Of a stretch of DNA of 64,000 nucleotides, positions 1 through 9,844 are shown in pieces. Within the stretch, counting starts at the first letter, position 1. Each line of letters starts with the position of its first letter. The DNA comes from an uncultured Spirochaetales bacterium (GTDB taxonomy: Bacteria > UBP6 > UBA1177 > JAKLFG01). Under the pieces are notes generated by a model. It was not told the DNA's origin. It saw only the letters and a list, made by a program, of their open reading frames with translations, and made no database searches. Both the position numbers and the translations under genes were made by a program. The stretch spans positions 55,988 to 119,987 of the forward strand of contig CAYQBN010000009.1 in NCBI GenBank assembly GCA_964415795.1. The letters run 5' to 3'.

Positions 1-1527
1 GCTGGCGGAGAGACTTTCTTGAGTGATCCAACCGGGTGGCGTCGGATCGAAATCAACCCACCGATCGTTGATCCACGCCGTCACCCACGCATGACCGTGC
101 CGTTCCCTCACGACATAGGCCTCTTCGAACGGATCCCATTCGTCGGCGACGAAGCCGGTCACATAGCGGGCGGGAATGCCGGCACGGCGCAGTAGGAGTG
201 TCATCGCCGTGGCAAAGTATTCGCAGTGGCCAGTACGGGTGGTCAGAAGAAATTCGGTAATGGGAGCACGGGGGACTCCGTACCGTTTCTCGGGAAGTTG
301 ATAGCGGAAGTTAAAAAGAAGGTGACGCTCGACCGCGGCGGCGATCGCCGCAGGATCGGCAGGAAGGGGACCAATGAGATCCAGTGTCGCGTCAAGTCCC
401 GGAAGTTCTTCGGAAGGCACGCTGAGGTCGCGTGGCCCCGGCGGCGTGCCGGCGAGATGCCCCGACAGATAGAATGTCGTGTAATCGACAAGTTCGGGAC
501 CTTCCTCGACAAGCACCGCGCCATACGCAGTTTCGACGAGGCCGGCGACATTGAGACGGGTGATGGCATGAGTACCGCGGGGTATCGGAATGGTCCCTTT
601 TCCGCGGGGCAACCACGCCGTTATCGAGAGGGCGGAGGGAAGTCCCGATGGCGTTTCATGGAGCGTCCACTGCCCATTCTCCTCAATGGGGACCCGGCGT
701 GTCGTCGCTTCGCGGTTGTACCACGAGGTCGCTGTGTAGGTCTCATAGACACCATCGGTGAGGTAAAAGGGTGCGCTCTTACCGAACTCGGGACGAACGC
801 GCAAAAGGATACGTCCCGAGAGTTTGAGTCCCGAGACATCGCCGATGGCGGTGGAGGATTTGAATGGATCGGCGTAGAGCCGCGTGAGCCAGAGCGAGTA
901 GTATTCCATGATGCGCTCTTGGGCATAGAGGTAGGTCCGATTGAGAACGACCGCAAGCGAGAGGGCGAGGACGAACGCGGCTGCCATTGCTCCTGCCCAT
1001 GTGGCAAAGCTATAGCGGCGTCCGCGATAGACGGCGAGGCCCCACGCGATGAAGAGCGCCACGCTGGGGAAGAACCATACGGACCGGTTGTTGGCGGCGG
1101 CTGCCGCAAAAAGGATGAGAACGGCATAGACCCATGTGATGTTGAACGGCCGGTGGACATGAGGTTCTTTTCCTTTGCGGCGTCCGAGGCGGGTACCGAT
1201 CACGATGCGGTCGGCAGTGCTGTATTTCTGGGCAATGAGGAGCGGCAGGTGAATGACCGGAAGCCATATCACGAACTGCCGCATGACTTGCCACCGTTCG
1301 TGAGTGAAATAGATGAGCCCCAGCGCGGCGAGCATGACCACTGAACTGATGTCGCTGATACGGATGAAATCGTCGCGCGTGAGTTCCCACTTTCGCTTGA
1401 CCAGAACACTCCCCTCGGCGACCACGGCGAGTACCGCGCCGAGGACCGGTCGTTCGAGAGTGAAACCCCAGAAAAGGAAAAGGGCGCCGAGATAGCCGGC
1501 CGGTGTTCGATAAACGGTCTGGTTCAT
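1..1527 (-). CDS. Transglutaminase-like membrane protein (TgpA-like), partial; C-terminus runs off the window start
   Basis: Minus-strand translation gives an N-terminal multi-TM region followed by 'TRTGHCEYFATAMTLLLRRAGIPARYVTGF', the transglutaminase-core Cys motif. The ATG at 1527 overlaps the upstream gene's stop (ATGA). It is absent from the ORF track because it is open at the window edge. Confidence 0.8.
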   Translation of the reverse strand, partial: MNQTVYRTPAGYLGALFLFWGFTLERPVLGAVLAVVAEGSVLVKRKWELTRDDFIRISDISSVVMLAALGLIYFTHERWQVMRQFVIWLPVIHLPLLIAQKYSTADRIVIGTRLGRRKGKEPHVHRPFNITWVYAVLILFAAAAANNRSVWFFPSVALFIAWGLAVYRGRRYSFATWAGAMAAAFVLALSLAVVLNRTYLYAQERIMEYYSLWLTRLYADPFKSSTAIGDVSGLKLSGRILLRVRPEFGKSAPFYLTDGVYETYTATSWYNREATTRRVPIEENGQWTLHETPSGLPSALSITAWLPRGKGTIPIPRGTHAITRLNVAGLVETAYGAVLVEEGPELVDYTTFYLSGHLAGTPPGPRDLSVPSEELPGLDATLDLIGPLPADPAAIAAAVERHLLFNFRYQLPEKRYGVPRAPITEFLLTTRTGHCEYFATAMTLLLRRAGIPARYVTGFVADEWDPFEEAYVVRERHGHAWVTAWINDRWVDFDPTPPGWITQESLSAS

Positions 1528-2867
1528 AGCCGCCTCAGTGCCTCAGCCACTTTTCCCACCGACACGACGTGGATGGTCGGGAAACCGACTTCGACCGTTT
1601 TTTCGCGCGCAGATTCCGGATCGTTCGTAACGAGGAAGACACGCAGTTCGACTCCCGCCGCAGTAAGCGCGCGGAGCAGGGAGATGCGCGACTCGTCGAG
1701 CGCGATGAGAACAACGATCGCGCCGCAGATGAGCGGCATGCGTTCGGTGACAAGACCGGTAAGCAGCGAAAAATCCTTGTCACGGCATGGTTCGACGCCG
1801 GCGAGTATCTCGAGCATGCGGGAGGTGCTCCCTGTACCACGCCCCGCAGAGAACGCAAACGCCTCGGCGCCAACCAACAAAAGATCGAAAAGGTCTTCCT
1901 CGGAAACGCCGGCGACAAGGCACGAAGCGGCGATCGACACGGCATCCTCGAGTTCGGGAGAAAAGGTGGCGGCATGAAAGGTATCGAGAATGAGCGCTAT
2001 GCGCGAGAAGTACTCGTCTTGGAACTCCTTCACGGCAATGGTGCCGATCCGCGCCGACGAGGGCCAATGTATCCGCTTGAGCGGGTCACCGGGGCGGTAT
2101 TCGCGCACCTGCATGAACTCTTCTGAATCACCGACCTTATGCGCCGCAACGATGCCGCCCTGCTGGTAACGCCGCTTACCGCAGAATTCGGGAAGATGGA
2201 TCGGATATATCGGCGGCAGAACGACGAGTTTCTCTTCAGCAGGGACGACGACCGTTCGCTTCCAAAGACCAAATATATCGTCCCGTTCGACGCGGCATCC
2301 CGCGAGTCGGACGACTCCTCGTCGAACAGGGGTGAGTCTCATGTCCACGCCTCGGGTCTCGCCGGGAGCGATCGGGGGAAGATCTGTGGTCTCGAAAAGG
2401 GCGCCTCGCTGTCGCTCGATGAGCCACTCCCACCGGTAGTACCGCATGTGGCGATCAAAGGCGTTGCGTTTTTCCTCTCCCGGTTCCGGCACCGTGTCCC
2501 ATGTCCTGAAGTCGGGACGAGGGTCGGGGGGCTCTTCTCGGAGGCGCATCCCTCTTTCAGGACGGTTCCCCTCGTTGCGTACCTCGACCCGATAGATAAG
2601 GGAATTCCCCACGGCGGCGTATTTCGGCAGTATGCGGCGTACCGAGAGCACGGGACGAAAAGGTCGGTCGAAAAGGCGCGAAAGAAAAAGAATCGCGGCG
2701 AGCGGCGCAAGTATGGTGAAGACCATGGAAGACTGAGTATTGAGGCCAAAGAAAAACGCGATGAAGAGGATGATGAAAAAGAACCCGCCGGGCATCGTCA
2801 CGCGACGGTCAAGAAGATCGAGAAGCGCGTAGGTACGGCGGTACCAGCGATAGAAACGGCGCTTCAT
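1524..2867 (-). CDS. DUF58 family protein (vWA-like, MoxR partner)
   Basis: 447 aa with N-terminal TM helices and 'REYRPGDPLKRIHWPSSAR', typical of DUF58. It shares 4-bp start/stop overlaps with both neighbours. Confidence 0.85.
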   Translation of the reverse strand: MKRRFYRWYRRTYALLDLLDRRVTMPGGFFFIILFIAFFFGLNTQSSMVFTILAPLAAILFLSRLFDRPFRPVLSVRRILPKYAAVGNSLIYRVEVRNEGNRPERGMRLREEPPDPRPDFRTWDTVPEPGEEKRNAFDRHMRYYRWEWLIERQRGALFETTDLPPIAPGETRGVDMRLTPVRRGVVRLAGCRVERDDIFGLWKRTVVVPAEEKLVVLPPIYPIHLPEFCGKRRYQQGGIVAAHKVGDSEEFMQVREYRPGDPLKRIHWPSSARIGTIAVKEFQDEYFSRIALILDTFHAATFSPELEDAVSIAASCLVAGVSEEDLFDLLLVGAEAFAFSAGRGTGSTSRMLEILAGVEPCRDKDFSLLTGLVTERMPLICGAIVVLIALDESRISLLRALTAAGVELRVFLVTNDPESAREKTVEVGFPTIHVVSVGKVAEALRRL

Positions 2868-3805
2868 GCCGGAACGGGGATGGTGCGAAGAATGCGGTCG
2901 ACGACGCTCGTCGCAGAAAGACCCGAAAACCGTGCCTGTGGATCGAGCATGAGACGGTGAGGCACTACGGCAGGAACGATTTCCCGGATATCGTCAGGCA
3001 GCACGAATGTGCGACCGGCGAAGAGCGCTAGCGCCTGCGCGCCGCGCATCAGGGAGATAGAGGCACGGGGGCTCGCGCCGAGGAGAACGCCGTCGGCCGA
3101 ACGGGTCGCCGCGACGAGTTCAACGATGTACTGCTTGAGTTCTCCGCTTATAACGATGCGACGAACCGCCTGCGCGACCGCGAGGACGGTCGTGTCGTCG
3201 GTGACCGGCTTCACTCGGAGGAGCGGATGCTCGACCCCCTGATCCGACATGACGAGCACCTCGTCATCGCGACTGATATAGCCGAGCGAAAGGCGCATCA
3301 TGAAGCGATCCATCTGCGATTCGGGAAGCGGGTAGGTCCCGCGCGACTCTATGTTGTTCTGCGTCGCGATGACGAAGAACGGCTCGGGAAGCGGACGCCG
3401 GACGCCATCGGCGCTCACCTGTCCTTCCCCCATCGCCTCGAGGAGCGCTGATTGGGTGCGGGGACTCGCACGGTTTATCTCGTCGGTGAGAAGGATGTTC
3501 GTGAAGATGGGACCTTCACGAAATTCGAACTTCCCCTCGCGCTGATTATAGACCGAGACACCGATGATGTCGGCAGGGAGGAGGTCTGGGGTGAACTGGA
3601 TGCGGCGGAACTGCGTGTCGATAGCGCGAGCGAGCGTCTTGGCGAGGGTCGTTTTGCCGGTTCCGGGGACATCCTCGAGGAGGACATGACCGCCGCTGAA
3701 AAAGGCGGCGAGCAGTAGGCGTATTGTTTTTTCTTGTCCTTTGATGACGGTACTAATGGTATCGGCTATCTGTCGGTATACCTGCTGAGCTGCAGAAATC
3801 TCCAT
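2864..3805 (-). CDS. MoxR-family AAA+ ATPase
   Basis: 313 aa with Walker A 'GVPGTGKTTLAKTLARAI' and MoxR-like length and architecture. It is the first gene of a MoxR-DUF58-TgpA operon. Confidence 0.9.
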   Translation of the reverse strand: MEISAAQQVYRQIADTISTVIKGQEKTIRLLLAAFFSGGHVLLEDVPGTGKTTLAKTLARAIDTQFRRIQFTPDLLPADIIGVSVYNQREGKFEFREGPIFTNILLTDEINRASPRTQSALLEAMGEGQVSADGVRRPLPEPFFVIATQNNIESRGTYPLPESQMDRFMMRLSLGYISRDDEVLVMSDQGVEHPLLRVKPVTDDTTVLAVAQAVRRIVISGELKQYIVELVAATRSADGVLLGASPRASISLMRGAQALALFAGRTFVLPDDIREIVPAVVPHRLMLDPQARFSGLSATSVVDRILRTIPVPA

Positions 3806-3948
3806 GGTCTCTCCTCGATCGCTGTGGGCTAAAGGATTTTACGAATCATTGGCAAAAAAAGCAAATGGCGCGGTCCGCTCCATTGACTTTTGTCGCTCGA
3901 AAAAATAATTTTTTCGTCGATTGGACCGCACTCGTGAGGAGAAAGGCT

Positions 3949-4413
3949 ATGGCCGAAACTACCGTCCCGCCGCTCGAGGAGCTCGACAAGAAAGTGACGG
4001 AGATCGCCTCCGCCATCGCCCAGATAGAGACCGAAAGTCCTCAGGAAGCGATCATTTTTTCCCATCTCCTTGCAGCGACCTACGCGCTCCGACAGGCTAT
4101 CGCCCACGAGTCTGCCGAGGTCGCCGACCCTCTTCCCGAGAACGGTGACGAGGCCATGCGCCGGACAGCCTCCTCGATCGCCGGAGGAGAGCTCCCTCAC
4201 GAATCGTGGCTCGCCGGGTTCTATCTCACGGCGGCCAACGAACGGCTCTCGGCGGCAGAATCCCGCCTGAAGCGTTATCGCGACATATTTCGTCCCAGCC
4301 CCCCTTCTCCCAAACGCCAGATCGGCCTTGCGACGCGGAGAACCCGCGCCGAAGAGATCGCCACAGCGGTCGCCCGCCTCGAGGAGATAGCAGGACACAT
4401 CATACCACAATGA
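3949..4413 (+). CDS. Hypothetical protein (A/E-rich, no recognised domain)
   Basis: ORF 3865..4413, with a likely start at the internal ATG at 3949 preceded by GAGGAGAAAGG. The composition looks coding, unlike the G/R-rich antisense ORF. Confidence 0.45.
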   Translation: MAETTVPPLEELDKKVTEIASAIAQIETESPQEAIIFSHLLAATYALRQAIAHESAEVADPLPENGDEAMRRTASSIAGGELPHESWLAGFYLTAANERLSAAESRLKRYRDIFRPSPPSPKRQIGLATRRTRAEEIATAVARLEEIAGHIIPQ

Positions 4414-4433
4414 TTCATTGACGAGGTATCAGA

Positions 4434-6305
4434 ATGAAAACATTGGGCAAAATGCTCACCACGCGCGAACCGTTCTCCGAGATCGTCATCGGCAACACCG
4501 CCATCGTTCGCGCCATGATCGAGACCGGAACGCGGATCGTCACCAGTTATCCCGGGTCGCCTACCCCAGAGATTGCCGAGGCCATCAAAAGCATCCCTGC
4601 CGACGAACGCCCCTTCTACTTCGAATTTTCAGTGAACGAAAAGGTGGCGACCGAGGTAGCCTACGGCGCATCGATAAACGGACATCTCTCCTGCGTCTTC
4701 TTCAAGAGCGTCGGACTCAATGTCGCCGCCGATACCTTCGTTCAACTCGCCCACATGAACCTCATCGGAGGAATGATCGTCGTCTGGGGCGACGATCCGG
4801 GCGCCCACAGTTCACAAAACGAACAAGACAACCGCCACTATGCGCTTCTTTCCTACACACCGGTGCTTGAGCCGGCAACGCCTTCGGAGGTCTACTCGTT
4901 CTATAAAGAAGCGGTACGCATATCGGTGGAGAAAAGGATGCCGGTGGTTCTCCGGCTCACGACGCATGTCTGTCATCAAAAAGAGAAGGTGGCCTTCGAC
5001 GGATGGGAACCGGCGCCGTGGGACAAGACGCCGCGTTTCTCCCCGCAGAACGGCCCTTATGTCCCCATCACGACCGAGGTCTTCCCGATGAAACGCCGCG
5101 CACTCAAGCGGCTGGAGGAGCTCTCGTCGGCGTTCGATGTTTCACCCCTTAACCGGAGCGAGGACCATAAGAACCGCGACCGAGGTATCATCACCTTCGG
5201 GACCACTTATCTTTCGCTCATGGATGTCCTTTCAGGGATCGAAAAAAAGCCCGATGTTCTCAAACTCGGCACGACGCACCCTTTACCTCTCGGCCTCATT
5301 CAGGCCTTCCTCGAAAGTCATCGGGAAGTAAAGGTCCTCGAAGAACTCGATGCCGTCATCGAGCCGCAAATAAAGGCCTTGGCTTACGAAAAGAGACTCA
5401 CCACGCGCATCAGCGGAAAACGCGACACCGAAGATTGGATCGGAGAATACACTCCCGACAAGGTGTACGACATTCTGCGACGCGAATGGCCTAACCTGCT
5501 TCCCGAGAAAAAAGCACCACCGACCGATCAACCCTATGTTCCGAAGCGACCGGCACAGATGTGTCCCGGGTGCGGCCATCGGAGCGCCTTCTATGCGATA
5601 AAGAAAGCGCTCGCCGGGACCGATGTCAAGGTGGGCGACATCGGGTGCCACTCGCTCGGGTTCCTGCCACCCTATCAGATGAACGAACTGCTCATGTGCA
5701 TGGGCGCCTCGGTGCCGATGGGATCGGGGCTGTCACTCTTTCAGACCGAACGGAAGGTGGTCGCCTTCCTCGGCGATTCGACCTTCTTCCACGCGGGGAT
5801 TCCCGGCATCATCAACGCGATATTCAACCGGCATAAGGTAACGCTCATCCTCATGGAGAACGGCACCACCGCGATGACGGGTCATCAGGACCATCCGGCG
5901 GTCGGCAAGAACTTCAACGAGGTGACCGACGCGATACCGGTGCGGCAGGTGCTCGAAGGACTCGGCGTCAAGCACATCTTCGAGGTCGACGCCTACCAGC
6001 AGGGGAAACTCATCGAACTGGTGAAGCAGGCGGTCGCGATACCGGAGTTCTCGGTGGTCATCGCGAAACATCCCTGCATGCTGAAATACATGCGGGAACA
6101 GCGGCGCAAGCCCGATTTCAAAGAGAAACGGGTCATGGTCCCACCCGAACTCTGCGACGGGGTCCACGAATGCGTCGAAAAGTTCGTCTGCCCCACCTTC
6201 ACGCGTCTTCCCAACGGGAAGGTAACGGTCAACACCGACCTGTGCATCGGCGACGGTTCGTGTATCCAGACCTGCCCTTCCAAAGCGATCAAGCCGAAGA
6301 CATAA
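4434..6305 (+). CDS. iorA: Indolepyruvate:ferredoxin oxidoreductase alpha subunit (TPP-binding, C-terminal 2x[4Fe-4S])
   Basis: 623 aa with a TPP-enzyme fold and a C-terminal 'CDGVHECVEKFVCP...CIGDGSCIQTCP' ferredoxin motif. The beta subunit follows immediately. Confidence 0.88.
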   Translation: MKTLGKMLTTREPFSEIVIGNTAIVRAMIETGTRIVTSYPGSPTPEIAEAIKSIPADERPFYFEFSVNEKVATEVAYGASINGHLSCVFFKSVGLNVAADTFVQLAHMNLIGGMIVVWGDDPGAHSSQNEQDNRHYALLSYTPVLEPATPSEVYSFYKEAVRISVEKRMPVVLRLTTHVCHQKEKVAFDGWEPAPWDKTPRFSPQNGPYVPITTEVFPMKRRALKRLEELSSAFDVSPLNRSEDHKNRDRGIITFGTTYLSLMDVLSGIEKKPDVLKLGTTHPLPLGLIQAFLESHREVKVLEELDAVIEPQIKALAYEKRLTTRISGKRDTEDWIGEYTPDKVYDILRREWPNLLPEKKAPPTDQPYVPKRPAQMCPGCGHRSAFYAIKKALAGTDVKVGDIGCHSLGFLPPYQMNELLMCMGASVPMGSGLSLFQTERKVVAFLGDSTFFHAGIPGIINAIFNRHKVTLILMENGTTAMTGHQDHPAVGKNFNEVTDAIPVRQVLEGLGVKHIFEVDAYQQGKLIELVKQAVAIPEFSVVIAKHPCMLKYMREQRRKPDFKEKRVMVPPELCDGVHECVEKFVCPTFTRLPNGKVTVNTDLCIGDGSCIQTCPSKAIKPKT

Positions 6306-6315
6306 GGAGGCGACC

Positions 6316-6891
6316 ATGACGACGAACATATATATTACCGGAGTCGGCGGACAGGGGATCGGCCTACTTGCCGAACTGCTCATCCGAGCGGCCGACCATG
6401 CAGGTCTTCCGGTCAAAGGAGTCGACACCCACGGGCTCGCCCAACGCGGCGGCATTGTGGTGTCCCATCTGCGGATCGGCGGCGACATCCATTCGCCCCT
6501 CATCCCCGAAAGGGCGGCCGACCTTGGGATTGCCCTCGAACGGCACGAGGCGCTCCGGGCGCTGAACGGCTTCGTGCGTGACGGTGGAACGCTCGTCTGG
6601 TACGACACCGTTTGGCAACCACTCGAAGTACGACTCGGCGCGGCACCGGAAGTGACAAGGGAAGCCATTACGAAGGAATGCGAGCGACGCCAAGTGAGAA
6701 ATGTACCTGTTCGGGTAGACCACCTTCCCGACACGCGGATGCAAAACATCGCGCTCATGGCGACGATCTGTAAAGACAAGCTCATCTCCAGTATACGGCA
6801 GGAACACTACGAACAAGCGATGGAAGATCTGATGGAGGGGAAGATGCTCGAAAAGAACCGAATGCTGTTCAACAGCCTGTTAGGACGGTGA
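6316..6891 (+). CDS. iorB: Indolepyruvate oxidoreductase beta subunit
   Basis: 191 aa starting 'ITGVGGQGIGLLAELL', the pyruvate/ketoisovalerate oxidoreductase gamma-type fold. It has a TAAGGAGG RBS. Confidence 0.85.
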   Translation: MTTNIYITGVGGQGIGLLAELLIRAADHAGLPVKGVDTHGLAQRGGIVVSHLRIGGDIHSPLIPERAADLGIALERHEALRALNGFVRDGGTLVWYDTVWQPLEVRLGAAPEVTREAITKECERRQVRNVPVRVDHLPDTRMQNIALMATICKDKLISSIRQEHYEQAMEDLMEGKMLEKNRMLFNSLLGR

Positions 6892-6964
6892 CCAGAAAAT
6901 TGTTGTGTCTTGTCGCGGCCGGCGTATACTTCTTCCTATGCTGACTTTCGATCGAGGGCACATC

Positions 6965-7612
6965 ATGCGATGGATACTATGGGTGGTTCATGCGGCAATG
7001 ATCGCGACCGCCTGCAGTGAGGCAGGGCATGACGACATCGGCAAGTACGATTATCTGAACGACCTCACCAGTTACGCCACCGACGAGGATTACGCCACCG
7101 TTCCCGACGAAGACAGCGACGGCGAGAAGACATGGCAGGTCCGCTTTCAGTTCTACGGCGTCATCAATGCTGAGAACACGCCATCAGGCAGTCTGCGGCT
7201 CGGCGACGGACGTCTCTTCTACACCGACGAGTCGGGCGAGGAACAGGCCTTCGTGGGCGCCCTCTGGGTCATGAAAAAGAATATCAACAACAGCGCCGGA
7301 TTCCAGATCCCTCTCCTGCAGGTCTTCTTCGCACAACACCTGCAGGACGGAGAAGGTGCTCTTTTCGTTCTTCAGCTGGACGGATCCTCTCTGAACAAAG
7401 AGGAGGTCTTTTACCTCAACAACGACCAACTTTACCTTACCGATGCGACCCGCCAAGATGGCGAACTAACGAAGATCTGCTTCCGTCGAAGCGCATACGA
7501 CGGCATCGTCCACCTTTTCTCGCACAGCATTCGCGAGGGCGAGCCTCTTTCGCTCGACGGTTACGCTGACCTGCGCGACATGGACCCGGTCGAATGCAAA
7601 ACGCTCCAGTAA
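6965..7612 (+). CDS. Hypothetical lipoprotein
   Basis: Signal peptide plus lipobox 'MRWILWVVHAAMIATAC'. No recognisable domain. Confidence 0.5.
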   Translation: MRWILWVVHAAMIATACSEAGHDDIGKYDYLNDLTSYATDEDYATVPDEDSDGEKTWQVRFQFYGVINAENTPSGSLRLGDGRLFYTDESGEEQAFVGALWVMKKNINNSAGFQIPLLQVFFAQHLQDGEGALFVLQLDGSSLNKEEVFYLNNDQLYLTDATRQDGELTKICFRRSAYDGIVHLFSHSIREGEPLSLDGYADLRDMDPVECKTLQ

Positions 7613-7632
7613 CTGCCGGCCCTCGTGGCGCG

Positions 7633-8703
7633 ATGCCCTCTCAAGCATTTGACAAGGACTTCTTTCGTTCGCTTCCCAAGACCGATCTCCATGTTCATCT
7701 CGACGGATCGCTTCGCCTCGAGACGATACTCGACCTCGCCGAGAAGCAGAAGATAGACCTCGGCGTCTCCGATATCGATCGATTGAAGGAACTCATCGGT
7801 CCGGGAAAGATACATGGATCGCTCACCGAATATCTGCGCGGATTCGATACGACGCTCAAAGTGCTTCAGACCGCCGAATCACTCTACCGCGCCGCTTATG
7901 AACTCGCCGAAGACTGTCACGCCGACGGCATCGTCTACTTCGAGGTACGCTATTCGCCGGTGCTCCATACCCGCACCGGCCTGCCGCTCACGGTGATCGT
8001 CGAAGCGGTGCTCAACGGTCTACGCGACGCGAAGCGCGATTTCGGCATCCCGAGCGGCGTCATCATCTGCGGCATCCGCAACATCTCACCGGAAGTAAGC
8101 CTCCGCATGGCCGAACTTGCCGTCGCCTACAAGAACAAGGGGGTCGTCGGCTTCGATCTCGCGGGTGCCGAGCTCAACTATCCGGCACGCGACCACCTGA
8201 GCGCCTTCTCGCTCATCCTTTCCAACAATGTCAATGTCACGATACATGCCGGCGAGGCGTACGGTCCCGACAGCATTCATCAGGCGCTTCACTACTGCGG
8301 CGCCCACCGCATCGGCCACGGGACGCGGCTCCGCGAGGACGGTGATCTGCTCAACTATGTCAACGACCATCGCATTCCGCTCGAGGTGTGCCTCTCCTCG
8401 AATGTGCAAACCGGCGCGGTCAAAAGGCTGGAAGAACACCCGTTCCGCTTCTATCTCGATCTCGGCATCCGCGTGACACTCAACACCGACAACCGCCTCA
8501 TGACCGACACCACGATGACCGACGAGTATCTTCGTGCCTATACGACCTTCGATCTCGGGCCACAGCAGATACTCGATCTCACGATAAACGGCGTTAAATC
8601 GGCATTCATTCCCTACGAGCAGAAAAAGGGAATGGTACAGGCCATCAAAAAGAAAACCATAGCTCTTATCAACGGTTACGCCGGCACCGCCATCATCGCC
8701 TAA
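7633..8703 (+). CDS. add: Adenosine deaminase
   Basis: 'SLPKTDLHVHLDGS' metal-binding motif, 'HAGE', and ADA length. The start is ambiguous; 7594 is also possible. Confidence 0.85.
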   Translation: MPSQAFDKDFFRSLPKTDLHVHLDGSLRLETILDLAEKQKIDLGVSDIDRLKELIGPGKIHGSLTEYLRGFDTTLKVLQTAESLYRAAYELAEDCHADGIVYFEVRYSPVLHTRTGLPLTVIVEAVLNGLRDAKRDFGIPSGVIICGIRNISPEVSLRMAELAVAYKNKGVVGFDLAGAELNYPARDHLSAFSLILSNNVNVTIHAGEAYGPDSIHQALHYCGAHRIGHGTRLREDGDLLNYVNDHRIPLEVCLSSNVQTGAVKRLEEHPFRFYLDLGIRVTLNTDNRLMTDTTMTDEYLRAYTTFDLGPQQILDLTINGVKSAFIPYEQKKGMVQAIKKKTIALINGYAGTAIIA

Positions 8704-8745
8704 CCAGAGATGCTTCGTCGATAACCGGCTTCGACAAGGTTTTTC

Positions 8746-8773
8746 TTGATTTTATGAGCCGGGAACGCATAAT
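8746..8773 (+). promoter_or_regulatory. Sigma70-like promoter upstream of HU gene (TTGATT ... CATAAT)
   Basis: TTGATT at 8746-8751 and CATAAT at 8768-8773 with 16-17 nt spacing, about 55 nt upstream of the HU start. Confidence 0.35.
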
Positions 8774-8827
8774 CGCTTTGTTTGGTTTTCTCGTTGTTTC
8801 CCAACCCTTTTTTACATGGAGGAGAAT

Positions 8828-9130
8828 ATGGCAAAGAAGATCGTGGCAAGCACGAAAGACAGCTTCATCAAAGCGATCAAGGACAGCATGGCGTCGGAGG
8901 TGGCCCTGACCAACGAGCAAGCGAAGGCTCTTTATGAAACCTTCGTGCAGATCGTGAAAGACACGGTGAGTGCGGAGAACAAGATCGTCCTCAGCGGTTT
9001 CGGTACCTTCAAAAAACGCGAACTGAAGGCGCGCAAAGGGATCAACCCGAAGACGGGAGAACGGATTCAGATCAAAGCCTCCAAGACCGTCTCGTTCAAG
9101 GCAGCCGGGTCGTTCAAGAACGATCTCTGA
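8828..9130 (+). CDS. hup: HU/IHF-family DNA-binding protein
   Basis: 100 aa with 'GFGTFKKRELKARKGINPKTGERIQI', the beta-arm signature. It has a GGAGGAG RBS. Confidence 0.9.
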   Translation: MAKKIVASTKDSFIKAIKDSMASEVALTNEQAKALYETFVQIVKDTVSAENKIVLSGFGTFKKRELKARKGINPKTGERIQIKASKTVSFKAAGSFKNDL

Positions 9131-9157
9131 TCGCCTCGTTGCCATCGACTCTTTCGC

Positions 9158-9191
9158 GGGCCGCCCGACAACGGGCGGCCTTTCGTTTTTT
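9158..9191 (+). terminator. Rho-independent terminator after hup
   Basis: GGGCCGCCCG-ACAA-CGGGCGGCC hairpin followed by TTTCGTTTTTT. Confidence 0.7.
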
Positions 9192-9250
9192 CACCCCCTC
9201 CTTTGACTTTCCCGTTCGAGAGGATAGATTCCTCCTTCGGAGGCATGTCG

Positions 9251-9844
9251 ATGCTCTGGATGATCACTGCGGAGAGACCCGACATTTCAGAAGAAGCGCA
9301 CGCACGCCGCATCGTTTCCCTCGCCGAAGCAGGACTCAGTATCGTCACTTTGCGCCCCACCGCCTTCCCCGAAAAGGACGCCGTCCGCCGCGTAACGATG
9401 CGTCTCAAACGGGAAGTTCCGGACCTTACCGTGCTCGTCCGGGGAGACCCCTCTTTCGCTTCTCGGTGCGGCGCCGATGGTATCCATCTCGCATCGAGAG
9501 ATATCGGAAAGGTTCTTGCCCTGCGTCGTTCGGACCCCATGCTCCGCCTTGCCGTCTCTACCCACATGCCGACCGAATTCGAACGCGCTTTCACCGATGG
9601 CGCCGATCTCGCGCTCTATGGCCCGGTCTTTCCTCCTTTCTCGAAACCGGACGACGCGCGGCCGACCGTCACACCGGTCATGCGCCCCGGACTCTTTCTC
9701 ATCGGCGGCATAGACCGTCATCGTGCCGAACGACTCATTGCGCAAGGATTCCGGGATCTCGCGGCGATCTCACTTTTTTATAGCCAAACAGCCTGTGATG
9801 AGGTAAGGTTCCTTGATCGACTGATGCGTGAGGTGACTCCATGA
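9251..9844 (+). CDS. thiE: Thiamine-phosphate synthase
   Basis: ThiE-like fold ('ADGIHL', 'LIGGI'). Its stop overlaps the thiC start (ATGA). The start codon is uncertain; 9203 and 9245 are alternatives. Confidence 0.75.
   Translation: MLWMITAERPDISEEAHARRIVSLAEAGLSIVTLRPTAFPEKDAVRRVTMRLKREVPDLTVLVRGDPSFASRCGADGIHLASRDIGKVLALRRSDPMLRLAVSTHMPTEFERAFTDGADLALYGPVFPPFSKPDDARPTVTPVMRPGLFLIGGIDRHRAERLIAQGFRDLAAISLFYSQTACDEVRFLDRLMREVTP

Noticed and set aside
226-1344. 372-aa plus-strand ORF
   Set aside because: It is antisense to the TgpA-like gene, which has clear transglutaminase motifs. Its G/R/P-rich composition is typical of high-GC antisense frames.
3829-4410. 193-aa minus-strand ORF opposite the 3949..4413 hypothetical gene
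   Set aside because: G/R-rich, with no RBS. The plus-strand frame has a strong RBS and protein-like composition. Either could still be wrong.
5733-6785. 350-aa minus-strand ORF
   Set aside because: Antisense to iorA/iorB.
9131-9250. Possible TPP riboswitch upstream of thiE/thiC
   Set aside because: No CTGAGA or other conserved THI-box elements are visible. Only the hup terminator and a weak promoter are present.
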